From assembly GCA_040954595.2 (NCBI GenBank), contig JBECUI020000026.1, forward strand, positions 1 through 64,000: 64,000 nt of DNA, written 5' to 3'. The notes beneath the pieces are model-generated. The model was not told where the DNA came from, did not search any database, and saw nothing but the letters and a program-made list of their open reading frames with translations. The position numbers and the translations under genes were made by a program. Shown in pieces: positions 11,659 through 24,731 of this stretch. The stretch comes from Balanoglossus misakiensis. Lineage: Eukaryota; Animalia; Hemichordata. Position 1 is the first letter of the stretch, and the number at the start of each line of letters is the position of its first letter.

Positions 11659-12983
11659 ATGCTGCCTGAAATTGTCTGCATTTCAACTCGGGATTCTCTT
11701 CCTCGTCTGGGGCGAGTTTAAGACCGCTCAATGGTAAGCATGACTTGCTGTATATTTGCTTTTATCGGGCGTGGCACAACCGAAACAATAGGAAACAATG
11801 TATGTCTACGAACTAATTTACACCTTCCAGTTATCAATACTTTTTTCCTTCGAATTCTAGCCTCGATTGCCTGTGATATGATCGTGATGACATGAATTAA
11901 ATGGTCAAGTTCAAATCTTCATGTGAAGCATAAATTAAATTTGGATGCATTTCCTTAACCATATAGCTAGAAATTACTCCCATACCAATACACGGGGAGA
12001 TACCGTAATTTTGGCTGAAAGTGTGCTAGTCCAACACTATGCTTCATCAAACTGGCTAAGAGATCTATTATTATATATAGACACATGAAGGAAAGTAATG
12101 TTGTTTATAGTGAAATAAAACAATACCTTAGGCCACAAAGAAAAATATAGATCACGACACAAACAGGCTGGAGTTTTTTTCAAAAATGTGTGCATAAGAT
12201 CATATTGGCCCATGGTAATCAAAGCCAAAGCAGCCCAGTTCCAAATTCGAAACTCAGCTCAGTACCAGAAACTTGCTCAAAGCTACCAAATGCACAGAAA
12301 GTTTTGAGAATCTAGATGAAAAATCACCAAGCGACTAGTGCGCTTGTCTATGTTCAATGTGTCTTCCCTGGTAACAACATGTACTTCTGCCACCATGCCA
12401 TGAGATATACTGACAGCCACGTTTGAAACATTTTAGTATACTGATATTCAAAGTTTAAATGTAAAGGCTTACTTTTCTATAGTAAAATAAATGTTTTATA
12501 ATTGCCAACAATTTACATTCTTGCGCTAACCAGTTGTATGAAAAGTGAGGTGGATCAAATGTAAGTTTCATTTTCACAACAAACATTAAGAAATCATTGT
12601 ACAGTGTTACGTAGATGTCAAAGTGTGTGTACACCTGTCGTTTACAGATATGATGTCAGTTTCACTTGTCACCTAACTGCCATGTTTGTGGTATACCCAT
12701 GTGGACCACTTTACTGCAGTACTGATGTAAATGGAGTTTCAAGATCGCTGTTACAGATTTCTCTGATTCGTATTCCACGTACATTATCGCAGCACAGTCT
12801 GACCCTATATTATACCATGTTTTGCATATTTTCACTAATTAGTATGGCCCAAATAATTCTAAAGCAAGGTTGATTGGTTACTAATTGATAAGCATATATT
12901 TGATTCACAGTCTTAAACACAGCATTTCAACGTATGCCGGAGGAGGAAGAGAATACCTAGGCCTGATCCAAGACCGCTTTCCG
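11659..12983 (+). ncRNA. Duplicated exon pair A' 11659-11733 and B' 12911-12983
   Basis: Intact tttgattcacAG acceptors and GTAAGC donors. A' differs from A at 4/75 nt and B' is identical to B. Confidence 0.45.
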
Positions 12984-13417
12984 GTAAGCACAACTTGCTG
13001 TATACATGCTCCATAGCTTGTTTGTAAAGGCTACCTTTTCCCATCAAATAGTGAAGTCGCCCTTTCAAAATTATGGTGGTGGTATTAAGCCACAACTGGT
13101 TATCATGGAGAGCCCCATATAAACTTACCAGCCCACGCTAGCCATGACTTTACAAATGTTTCCGTCATACTATGCAGAAAATTCTGGCTGCCTTAAATAG
13201 GTTTTCACTTTGCGCTAGGGGGTCAAATCACATTGCATTCTGGGCGAAAAGTCTACAACCCACTGTAGTAAGAGGTGGAAGAAATGATACATTTTGTGTA
13301 TTTCATGCTTTGGTCAAACATGTCTGTCTCCGTAGTTAGCATATTAAACTCATTAAATGTTTTTCACATTTTGTTATTTTGTCTGTTATGACCCATTATC
13401 ACTTTAGCTTTAGCTTA

Positions 13418-14214
13418 GGCTCCATTCACAAACACCTCTGGATGGGGGGGGGGGGAGAATTCAATTTTTTTACTGCTAATTTTCACATGCCCCCCCCCCC
13501 CTGTACACAACCCGAAATATTTTAAAATCCCCCACCCCCTTCTGAACTGCCAAAATTTTAAAATCCCCCCCCCATTTTCTTTCACAGAGCAAAACACATC
13601 ACTTATCTATCTTGTAAAAAAGAAAAACAGCGCTCCCATGAAAAGACTTTGAAACTGATGTTTCCCCTCATCAGTGGGTATTAAAACTGAACATGGTTTT
13701 TATTTTTTAAGTATTTGTATTCTGTGTTGGGAGACATTGTAAACCGGGAATTGAAGGGGGTGGGTGTGGGAAGGGGTGTCCCCCTCCCACGTAAGAAAAT
13801 TTTATAAAATACAGAGCTCAAAGCTGCATTTTTATGAACCCGGCAAAAGCAAATTAACTCAACTACCAGTATGTTGGGGAGGATAAATTTAACCGTCGCC
13901 GCTCAAAGTTATCATGGGGTGGGGGCAAGTCCCCTGACATGGGACACTAGATAAACCAGTTAATGATTGAAAGGTGTTGATGAATGGAGGGGGGTGGGTG
14001 TGGGAGGGGGTGTAAAATAAAGGGCGCGAAACTGCATTTTTGTGGACTCAAAATAAGTATTTAGTCGTCAAAGTTTTCAAGTCCCCCCTTTCAGTCCCTA
14101 AATTATTTCAAATCCCCCCTTACATACCTTCAATTTTTCAAATCCCCCCCCCCCGCTCAATTCTCCTGCCCCCCCCCCCCCCCCCCTTCTCCAGAGGTGT
14201 TTGTGAATGCAGCC
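13418..14214. mobile_element. PIF/Harbinger (Tourist)-like MITE
   Basis: TTA|GGCTCCATTCACAAACACCTCTGGA...TCCAGAGGTGTTTGTGAATGCAGCC|TTA. The empty site agcTTAtgaactccc is at ~6898-6912. Confidence 0.9.
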
Positions 14215-17200
14215 TTATGAACTCCCATTTCTTTAACATGGCAAAAATCGGCCATCAATTGTCGACCATATGAGATTTTCATCACTCACTTAGGGTAGCT
14301 TAAGGGAGAATTGTATAGGCATGACTTGGGCTGTAAATTTGATGAAATAGCTACATGCCTATTGTTAACAAGCAGCTGACTGTACTGAAAGAATGGAAGT
14401 GTTGTGTACCTATTTTACATATTCAATATTTGTAATTAGACCATGTCATGTATATCTTGGGGATTGCTCGATCGCAATGTCTCTGCTGGTACAATGTCCT
14501 TTTAACTTGTACAGTAATATGGTAGTGATTGTAAGTTTGTGTACGGCATTTGTAAGTTATTTTCAATTTATAATTTTTTTGTAAGTTTCTTCATTCTCAA
14601 ATTGCTTGCCTAACGTACTGCTTTAAAATTTAAATTTTGGTATGATTTTGAGTAGACTTTTTGTTTCAAAATTATTTTCGACACTTGACATTTTTGGGTG
14701 ATATGATTTTACATGGAAAATCTGATTTCCCTGTAATTCGGTTGACAGGATTTTCACAATATCTCTAAATCATGAAGTACATGTATCAGAATTGCATCAG
14801 GCCCCCACAATTCTAGTCGCCCTTGGCAAGTAATATTAGCCATTGTTGTCCAAGGACGTTGAAGGTACAATTGGTTTTTAAACTTACTATGTAGGCATTT
14901 TATCAGAATTATTAGGTCCCATTTGGTGCAGGTATATGTATTTATACCATGGGACCTTATGGGATCAGTTGCACCTGTATATATGGATGTCTGTATGGAT
15001 GTTTGTCTGTATGTCTATCAATATCAAACACTTGGAAACCACTGGCATGTGACCTTGATATTTAGTGTGGAGATGCAGGCAGGGCATTAAGTGGGAGTTG
15101 TCAAAATGAAGTTGTCATTGCCAAAATATGCAAATTAGCTGGGAAAGTGTCAAATTCGTCCAAACTCGGGAACTCGACAACTACTGAGCAAATTGCTTTC
15201 AAAATTGAAAATTGGTATTCCTGTAAGTTATGTTAACCTCACACAGTTCTATATGTTGTGAGCTAATGTGAATTTTCGATTTTTTATGTATTTTTTGTCT
15301 CTTTCCACATTATCGGTAGAAAATCTGCTTTTCTGGAATTGATCAGCTGACTTATTTGAAATTTAGTATGAAGCTTCATAGGTGATCTGAGTTATCATAG
15401 TTTTGTAAGGTCCCATTTGCTTTACCATGGGACCTTATGATATCGGTGGATGTATGTATGTATGTCTGTATGTCCGTCCACATCACAAACTTGAAAACCG
15501 CTGGGCATATGACCTCGATATTTGGTGTGTAGATGCAGGCCAGGCTGAAGATTGGAGTTTGTTCAAATGAAGCTGTCATTGCCAAAAATATGCAAATTAG
15601 CTAGGAAAATGTGAAATTGGTCAAAACTCAAACTCAACAACCACTGGTCACATTCATTTGAAAATCAGTATGCATGTACCTTATGTCTACCTCAAACAGT
15701 CCTGTATGTTTTGAGCTAATATGATCGATTTTTAATTTTTTATGCCAAAAATCTTTTATGCATTTTTTGTATTATTCCACATTATTGGTAAAGAAATCAT
15801 CATTTCTTAAAGTTATAGGCCTCATTCTTTGAATTTTAGTATGAAGCTTCTAATGGTTGTCTGAGTAACCAAAGTTTTGTTCAAATTGTTGAAAAATTTG
15901 CATATTTTAATTTTGAGCAATTTTTGCCACTTTTGGTCATTTTTTTTTCTTTAAAACTGCATGCCAGATTGATTTGGTAGGCATATTCCTAAGGGTAAAC
16001 TGAGTAAGATGTTGTAAAAATGTTTTAGTATATATTGTGTTATTGGGGAAGGGGGGGGGGGGGGTTACTCAAACATTTATAACACCCAGCAACTTTTGGT
16101 ACTGGCAGGGTTTGTCCTCCAATGATTTCAACATCCTGCTAGGAATACAACCTCTCCTCAACTTTATAAATATAGGGCATGACATTGCAGGTTTTTTGAG
16201 AACACTGTTTAAAATAACCCTCATCAAGCCTGTTAACTTATTTAGACAGACTATTATCCAGAATGAAACGAAACATGGATGCAATAAAAAGATCTTGTGC
16301 AATAAAAACCAAGTTGATCATAACAATTATTTGCTAAGTACAACATGTACATCACTAATAGAAGTTATGGCTATAAGCATAAACCTGTTTGTTTTGCTAT
16401 CTTCACTATTCATATTATCTGACTATATTAATACATTTGCAAGCATACTGTTTCAGACATAGCGAATTTGATAAACATCTACAAATATATTTTTACCTGT
16501 TGAAGTTATCAAAATCCAGACACTTGACAAAAGGACATTTTTCATCCCCTCTATAGATTGATAGTCTAACATAGCAGGCAATCTGTTTTTAACAACTGCA
16601 GAAGCCTTCATAAAAAGTTGTTGGCCAGAATGAAAGCTTAGGGGGACGTAGGATTTCCTACTTTTTAGGTTATTTTTTCTATGGCCCCAAAAAGCTATGA
16701 CAAAAAATTGATGACCCCCTTGGAATTTATAATTCCCCCCCCCCCTATCATACCCTGTCCATATTCTTATAAATGTCAATAAATGCCATACAGTCCTGTA
16801 TGTTTTGTTTTGAGCTAATATTATGAATTTTCTATTTTTATTGTTTTGTCTTTTACTGCATTATTGGTAAAGAAAAATCTTCCTTTCTGAAAGCCATAGT
16901 TTTTGTTCAAATTGCAAATTGTTGTGAAATTGGTATATTTATAATTTTGAGCAATTTTGTAATTTTTGCTCAGAATGCAGATTCCTAGGGGGGTAACCCA
17001 AGTAAGGTGTTGTAAAAGAATTGTTTAAAAAATAAAAATATATTTGTAGATGGTTATCAAATTCGCTGTGTCTGAAAGTGCTTGTCAGATTGCTTTGAAC
17101 TTTGACAGGAATGTTCCTTGTAGTGATTTAAGTAAGATGGTGTACAATTATAGTGATTTTTGCATATTTGTGTTTTTGCCACTTTTGAACAAATGTAGTT

Positions 17201-17499
17201 TTGTTTAACCCCCATCTTACCCTATCCATATTCAAATAAATATGAAAAGAAATTTCTCACAGATATTATTTACTTTGATAATACTATCATTTGTGCAACA
17301 ACTAATCAATCAAACAGTCAATAATCATAAATTGGGAGTTCAAAAATATCTATAAGGGAGATTTAAAACCCCGTTAGCAACAACTGTTTGCCATGTTTTC
17401 AGTATTAATGTTTTGTGTAGCTTCTGCAGTTTTTAGGTCCCATATGGTATGTACCATGGGCCTTATGGAATCAGTTGCGTCTGTATTTATGTATGGATG

Positions 17500-17700
17500 T
17501 ACTGTATTTCGCGAGTTAAATTTTTCGCGATATCGAGAGAGGCCACTGTTTCGCGAGTATTAATTTTCGCGTTCTCTTATTTCATTCACTGCATCGTTAT
17601 CTTCAAAAACAATTTACGCGACTTTTTATTTTCACGTTATTTTGGCTCTCGCGTATTTGGCGAAAATTAATTGCTCGCGAAAATAAAGTGTTTTACAGTA
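17500..17700. mobile_element. ~200-bp TA-flanked MITE (Tc1/mariner-like), tcgcga-rich
   Basis: TACTGTA...TACAGTA ends. It is inserted in the (tgta)n tract of a DINE-like element and is closely similar in reverse to 53350-53560. Confidence 0.8.
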
Positions 17701-19395
17701 TGTCTGTCTGTTTGTATGGATGTATGTCTGTATGTCCGTCCACATCTAAAACTTGAAAACCGTTGTGCATATCACCTCGATATTTGGTGTGCAGATGCAG
17801 GCTGGGCTGTAGATTGGAGTTTGTTAACATGAAAATGTCATTACCAAATATATGCAAATTAGCTGGAAAATGTGAAATTGGTCAAAACTCGCAAAATTCA
17901 ACAACTGCTGGTCAGATTGATTTGGAAATTGGTATGCAAGTACCTTATGCCTACCTCATACAGTCCTGTATGTTTTGAGCTAATTTTGATTTTCTATTTT
18001 TGATGCATTTGTTTGTATTTTTCAACATTATTGGTAAAAAATCTTCATATGAATCTAAAATTACCGTCGAATCATCCAGTGTGAGTTAGCACTGTAATTA
18101 GCAAAAGTTATAAATCCACAGTTACCCAGCAAATTTGATATAATGCTTCACATAGGTATTGGTTTTGAACATCCTTCAGAAAGGGTATGAATATTTTAAA
18201 ATTTTTACTGTTGCAACCCAGACTAGTTTATTTCTGAATAAACAGAGAAATGACAACCGGATAGATTATTCTTCTGTACTAAAGACATATGCAGACACAA
18301 GAAATAGTCTGAACATTTTCAGTACATTACTAAAACAGTGTAGGTACATTGTACTATAAACTGAGGAAGATTAGTGACTATTGTTTGCCAAAAATGGTCC
18401 CAAGTCATTTCTCAAGCATAGCAGAATAGTAGCTTTGAGTAGCAAAGTGTGATGATTTAAAATGTAAAAAGACAACACCAATCTCTAGCTCTGCTCTCAG
18501 CACTGCAAAAGTTATCTGACAGGTAGATAGATGTTCAGTCATCCTATGTCTGTCAACATTTTTCTTTTCTGAAATCACTGGCGCAAGTGCTTTTAAAATT
18601 GGTGTGCAGGTTTCTTGGGGTGGCGAAGTAATGTGTGTTCAAATTGTGTTGAATTCTGCATATTTGTAGTTTGGAACAAGTTTTTTGCTGTTTTTGGAAG
18701 AAAAAAGCTAAGCTCGTAGATTACTTTGACTATGCAGGTTTCTAGGTATGACACAAGTTGTTTCTTCAAAATATGGTGAAATGTGCATATTTGGGGGGAA
18801 ATTTTCTCTGAAATTTAGTATTGATCTCCCTGAGGTATGTGACATAATCTGTAATTTTGTATTTTGGAGACAGTTGCCTTTTTGTACAAACAAAAAATCT
18901 TGTCAGAATATGCATGTCTGATTGCCATGTCCACAGGGGTGATCTACTTTTATTTACATTATAACCGAATCTGTAAAGTTTTCATAATGATCTTTAAAAT
19001 AGGTACGTCTAATTGTTTTGATCTTTGGTATGAATTGTCCCTTGGTGATCTTAGTCAATGCTTTTGAAATTCCGCTGAATATTGCATTATTATTTTGTCT
19101 GAGTCTGAAGAGTAGTCATCATCTCTGAAACCCCTTGACCTAAGTCAGGTGTCAAATAGTACAATTTGCAGATTTGTTGCATTGGAGATATTGTTGCAGT
19201 TTTTGAAATTCAAGATGGCTGCCAATGTCTGTGTTAACTCTATGGAAAAACATTTATGTAAATACTTTTCTGAAAACAAGGCGGTGAACATCACATTTTT
19301 GTTTACAAACAGTAATAGAAATAGCTATCATTGTTTCTGAAAATCCTAACTTGTAGGATTCTTTTTCACTCTCTGGCATCAGCAGAGACAATTAA

Positions 19396-20128
19396 GGTGG
19401 CATTGCATGAAAAGTTGTGATTTTTGCCAAATTTTACTTTTTTACATAAATCGGTAGGCCTAATACTCACCCACATCCTGACTAATACGTCTTGGCGGAA
19501 ATGGTGCACAATCACCCCCAAATAGCACTTTTCTGAATGAGTTCACAGCTTAACAAATAGGTGTCAACAATGCAAATGGCCGTTTTTCTCGGTTTGCATT
19601 TTCGCTGCTTTTGACAACTTCGGACTAAAATAGCTTCGCCCTGCATTGGCCGAATTTGCTCAAATTTTGACAGGGAATTGTGTATGACCCATCCAACAAA
19701 ACGCTAGTTTTGTATGTCGATAAAGTGTCCCTGGCGGGAATAAACTCTGATTCAATACAACTCACCGTGAATTTGATCAAATTTTCAGAAAATCTAACTT
19801 TCAAACGCTGTTACTCCTCAATGGAAGCAGATAACGCAAAACAAAATTAGCGTTTTTTTGCACGTGTACTTTAGTTTCGAATGACATATTAAGATGCATG
19901 ATGCATGGTCAACTTTTTTACCTATTTTAAATTTCATGACATAATATCAAAAAATGGGTTTTTTCGCCCAAAATCGCCACCATTTCCGGGGATCAATAAT
20001 ATTTGCAACTCAAACAAAAGTTCAAAATCTCAGCTTCCAGAATATATATGGTTTATGGGGGTTTAAACTTTGTCTTTGATGAGAAATAGGCCTCTGAAAA
20101 AGTCTCGACGGTTTCATGCAGTGCCACC
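19396..20128. mobile_element. Non-autonomous DNA transposon with TTAA TSD (Kolobok-like)
   Basis: TTAA|GGTGGCATTGCATGAAA...TTTCATGCAGTGCCACC|TTAA. Confidence 0.85.
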
Positions 20129-21959
20129 TTAAACAACTCTATAAAAAGTCTTATTGCTTAGTACTGGCACGAGGTGGTAAAAAGATGTGCAGCTTTTGAC
20201 TTATTACAGGCTTACACTTTGTTAGTAATATGAGTCCCTATTGGTATTGTGCTGGGTTTTTAGGAGCTTGGGCCCCATTCCCTGGATATTTTTTACACCT
20301 TGCTCTGAAAACCTGCCACACCTATGCTTCTTGAATTTGTCACAGTTGTCCTTGCCAATGAGTGTGCACCTTGAAATTCAAATCAGTCATTTGACCTGGC
20401 AGCCATATTCAGTTGAAAGTGTTAAATAAATGCAAATTAGCTGGGAAAATTTGAAATTGGTCAAAACCACTGGTCAGATTGATTTGACAATTGGTATGCA
20501 AGTACCTTATGTCAACCACATACAGTCCTGTATTTTGAATAGTTTGAATGTTCTATTTTTATGCATTTTTTGCCTTTTTCCTCATTTTTGGTAAAACATC
20601 TACTTTTCTAAAATTGATGAGACGACTTCTTTGAAATTTAGTATGAAGCTTCATATAGGTGATATGAGTTAGCATACTTTTGTTAAAATGTTGCAAAATT
20701 TGCATATTCATAATTTTGGAGCAATTTCGGCCGTTTTTGAATTTTTGTTTTAAACCGGTTGTTACATTGCTTTGAAATTTGTTAGTCATATTAGGGGTAG
20801 CCCAAGTAAGATTTGCATGTATGTTTTTCAAATCAACTTGATGAATTGAATAGTATATTTTTGGGATGATTTTTGCCATTTTTGGTCAAAACTCTTCTCA
20901 GAACCCCCCACAGTACGTGAAATATCCCATGAATCACTCTGGTTTGTACAACCAGAGATTACTCGGTCAAACCAGGCAAAGTTCACATGTGTAGAGAAAA
21001 TTGTAGACCACTAATACAAATTTTGAGAGCATGCTTTATAGGCGAATCTTATTGTCAATTACCATTTCAAATGATAAACAAAATCATGCATTATTGAAAG
21101 AGGAGATACAAATTTTATAAAATAAGCAATTGCATAGCCAGCCGATACAAAAAAGTTTGAAGTAAAACAGGGACACTTGAAACACTTGTTTAATCAAACA
21201 AAACGATATTGATTTTTTTCTATAGACAGAACAATGGAAATTTACATGTTAACTTTCAACAGAGACTGGCCACCTCAGTTAGTCATTGCTTCTTTCCTCC
21301 TAAGTGTGACATTTGACGTACATGAATGAATACTTTGATTTCTATGGCTTTTAAATCTTGATTTTGAAATTTTCACTCTAATTCCTCAACATACTTTTTC
21401 TAGATAAATCTTAATACAGTTATATGTACTTCATATCATTGTTAGTATCTAAAACAGAAAGTAATTAAATGGACAATCTCGATGATACAAATCATGGAGA
21501 GTTGTGGGTAAAATATCGTACTGTGCCCCCTTTACCCCCACTGCTTTGAAATTTGATTTGAAGGTTTCAGGGTTTGTTCTCATGATAATTTACAGATTGA
21601 TTTGACAATTGGTATGCAAGTACCTTATGTCAACCACATACTATCCTGTATTTTTTTAACTAATAGTTTGAATGTTCTATTTTATGCATTTTTTGCCTTT
21701 TTCCTCATTTGTGGTAAAAAATTTTAGTATGAAGCTTCATGTAGGTGATATGAGTTACAATACTTTTGTTGAAATGTTGCAAAATTTGCATATTGATAAT
21801 TTTGGAGCAATTTCAGCCTTGTTTAATTAATTTTTTTTCTCTAAAACCGCTTGTTCCATTGCTTTAAAATTTGTTAGTCATGTTAGGGGTAGCTCAAGTA
21901 AGATTTGCATGTATGTTTTTCAAATCAACTTGATGAATTGAATAGTATATTTTTGGGGG

Positions 21960-22258
21960 ATCAAATCAAATCAAATCAAAACAAACATTTATAAAGCGCC
22001 AGAATCAATAACAATGTTATTTCCAAAGGCGCTGAAAGTATAACATCAGTGTTCGTAGGCTTTGACAAATAGAAATGTCTTGAGTTTTTGTTTGAAAATG
22101 TTGAGACTAGAAGCCTGTTGAATGTCAGATGGCAGAGAATTCCAAAGTTGTGGCGCGACAAGGGAAAAGGCACATCCACCATATGTTTTGAGTCTGTACT
22201 TTGGTACACACAACTGGTTCCTTGAGCTGGAGCGCAGAGCCCGACTAGGCTTATATGA
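21960..22258 (-). mobile_element. 5'-truncated L2/CR1-group LINE 3' end
   Basis: Translates to YKPSRALRSS...YGGCAFSLVAPQLWNSLPSDIQQASSLNIFKQKLKTFLF, a typical L2 ORF2 C-terminus, followed by gcgctttataaat and an (ATTTG)n tail. Confidence 0.85.
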
Positions 22259-23041
22259 TTTTTGATTTGATTTGGTTTCAGGGTGATTTCTCATGATGAT
22301 TTACAAAACCTATGACTGATTACTTTGAAATTTGAGTAGGAAGTTAATTGGATGTGTTTGTTTAGATAATGGAATCAAATAAAGTTATTCATTCTTCACC
22401 TTCATTCTTCACCTCATTTCATTTATTGGCTGGTTTGTCTATTGTATCAGGGAAGAGTACTTGCCATCCCACCCCACCGATGCAAACTTTGAGTGGCAAA
22501 AGTAAAATGTGTCGTAACATTGAGTTAATTTGCTTTTGGGCTCACTAAAATGCAACTTTGAGCTCTGTATTTGTACAAAATTTTCATTAATTGGCTGGTT
22601 TGTCTATTGTACCAGGCCAGCATACACAAGATCAAGATGTTTTCGGGGCTGGGGGGGGGGGGGCATCATATTTTATTGCCTCTCTATGTGTGTGTCTGTC
22701 TGTCTGTACTCCTGTGTAGACTTTTTCTAGTGTAATCACTAAATGAGACCACAGTGTCCTTGACGCTATTTTTTGCGATTTTCAATGACCCTGGGGTAAC
22801 CTTTGACCAGCTTTCATATATCTTGGTATTCACAGCAGAATACAGCCTTGGCATACCCTGGTAACCATGGGAACCGTTTGGGCCCAACCAATGATGCTGG
22901 CAGCGTTAATTTTTAAATGATTTCTTCTTGTCGTTTTCTTTATCAATATGATGACTTGACCTAATCAGATTATTAAAATAATTTCATTCTTTTTTTACAT
23001 TAGGTTCTTTGGTAACACTGCTGCTGGAGGGAGTGTAATAT

Positions 23042-23750
23042 TTGTAACGACGTCGCCACCTAATACTGTACTGAAGGTATGAACTTAAACTTGTAACGAC
23101 GCCGCCACCTAATACTGTACTGGAGAGATGAAGTTAATACTTGTAACGACGCCGCCACCTAATACTGTACTGGAGAGATGAAGTTAATACTTGTAACGAC
23201 GCCGCCACCTAATACTGTACTGGAGTGATGAAGTTAATACTTGTAACGACGCCGCCACCTAATACTGTACTGGAGAGATGAACTTAATACTTGTAACGAC
23301 GCCGCCACCTAATACTGTACTGGAGAGATGAAGTTAATACTTGTAACGACGCCGCCACCTAATACTGTACTGGAGAGATGAAGTTAATACTTGTAACAAC
23401 GCCGCCACCTAATACTGTACTGGAGAGATGAAGTTAATACTTGTAACGACGCCGCCACCTAATACTGTACTGGAGAGATGAAGTTAATATTTGTAACGAC
23501 GCCGCCACCTAATACTGTACTGGAGGGATGAACTTAAACTTGTAACGACGCCGCCACCTAATACTGTACTGGAGAGATGAAGTTAATACTTGTAACGACG
23601 CCGCCACCTAATACTGTGCTGGAGAGATGAAGTTAATACTTGTAACGACGCCGCCACCTAATACTGTACTGGAGAGATGAACTTAATACTTGTAACGACG
23701 CCGCCACCTTATACTGTACTGGAGGGATGAACTTAAACCTGTAACGACGC
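23042..23750. repeat. 50-bp minisatellite, ~14 copies
   Basis: Unit ttgtaacgacgccgccacctaatactgtactggagagatgaagttaatac, with near-identical copies and a few 49-bp variants. Confidence 0.95.
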
Positions 23751-23934
23751 CAGATGATGCTCCTGTGACCAGAGGGATGAACGACGCCATGATTTGTTGA
23801 TCTGATCTAATTAATAATATTCATTCTTTTTTTTCAATAGGTTCATTGGTATTATCATCGCCGGAGGGAGTCTAATCAATATCTACAACAACGCCGCACC
23901 AGATAACAATATCAAAACCAGAGGGATGCTGTCA

Positions 23935-24112
23935 ATAGGTTAGGCTAATAAAAATGGTTTAATCTGAGGGAATGGTAAAGGGTTGGTGTATGAATATGTT
24001 AGGGTAATAAAAAATGGTATAATCTAACGGAATGGTGAAGGGTTGGTGTATAAACAGGTTAGGCTAATAAAAATGGTATAATCTAATGAAATGGTGAAGG
24101 GTTGGTGTATGA
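23935..24112. repeat. ~60-bp tandem repeat, 3 copies
   Basis: gttaggctaataaaaatggtataatctaa..gaatggtgaagggttggtgtat repeated three times. Confidence 0.8.
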
Positions 24113-24534
24113 TGACTAATAAGACATTGTGCACAAGGGTACTATAATAAAACTGTCTGCAAGGGTATAATATTATGGTTTCAAGGGTATGATAAGTAAT
24201 TAAAATACTATAAAAACATGAGTAATGCCACGTGGTAAATAAAAACTGTACATGTACAGAGGGTAAATACCGGTATAATATATAAAGGTGTTAACATCAA
24301 TGGTGTAATAATAAAAAAAATGGGTAACACATGGTTTTGGTGGTATAATAATAATAAAATGGTATTAACTTAATGGTATAAACATTATGGGATGTGTATA
24401 AACGGTGTTAATATTACAAAGGTATAATGATTAGTTGGGGTGTAATAATAAGAAATTTAAAATCATTGGGTAATTTATTAGTGTCAGGTTGGGTAAAATA
24501 ATTGTTGCTATGCATTCGTGTAATAATTGTCTGC

Positions 24535-24731
24535 GGATTTTTTGCAGCGTTACCCGCGTTCGCGTTCTTCATTGCAGGTCGCTCGTCATGTAATGGAATT
24601 TCGCCGTGTGCCCGTTTGATTCGCCGATGGATTTTTTACAACGTTACCCGCGTTCGCGTTCTTCATCGCAGTTGGATCGTCGTGTAATGGAATTTCGCCG
24701 TGTGCCCGTTTGATTCGCCGATGGATTTTTT
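24535..24731. repeat. 94-bp CpG-rich tandem duplication
   Basis: cgttacccgcgttcgcgttcttcat...gtgcccgtttgattcgccgatggatttttt at 24548 and 24642. Confidence 0.85.

Larger units (their letters stand above)
11611..15395 (+). repeat. Segmental duplication copy 2
   Basis: Paralogue of 5126-8180. It carries an extra ~620 bp (12181-12798) and a Harbinger-like MITE, and lacks 5490-5836 and ~6375-6595. Confidence 0.9.
14910..22340 (+). mobile_element. Nested/tandem Helentron/DINE-like repeat copies and fragments
   Basis: Heads at ~14912, 15405 and 17432. The body atgcaaattagctgggaaaa...ggtatgcaagtaccttatg...gtatgaagcttc recurs at ~15130, 15590, 17850, 20430 and 21600. Confidence 0.6.

Noticed and set aside
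11880-12020. Intronic C/D-box snoRNA (GTGATGA...CTGA)
   Set aside because: There is no terminal stem, and the C box is not conserved in the paralogous copy (gtgatgt).
399-22887. Other short ORFs in the left half of the window
   Set aside because: Apart from the L2 fragment, they lie in repeats or MITEs and show no recognisable domains.
23042-23750. CRISPR-like array in the 50-bp repeat
   Set aside because: The whole unit repeats with no variable spacer.
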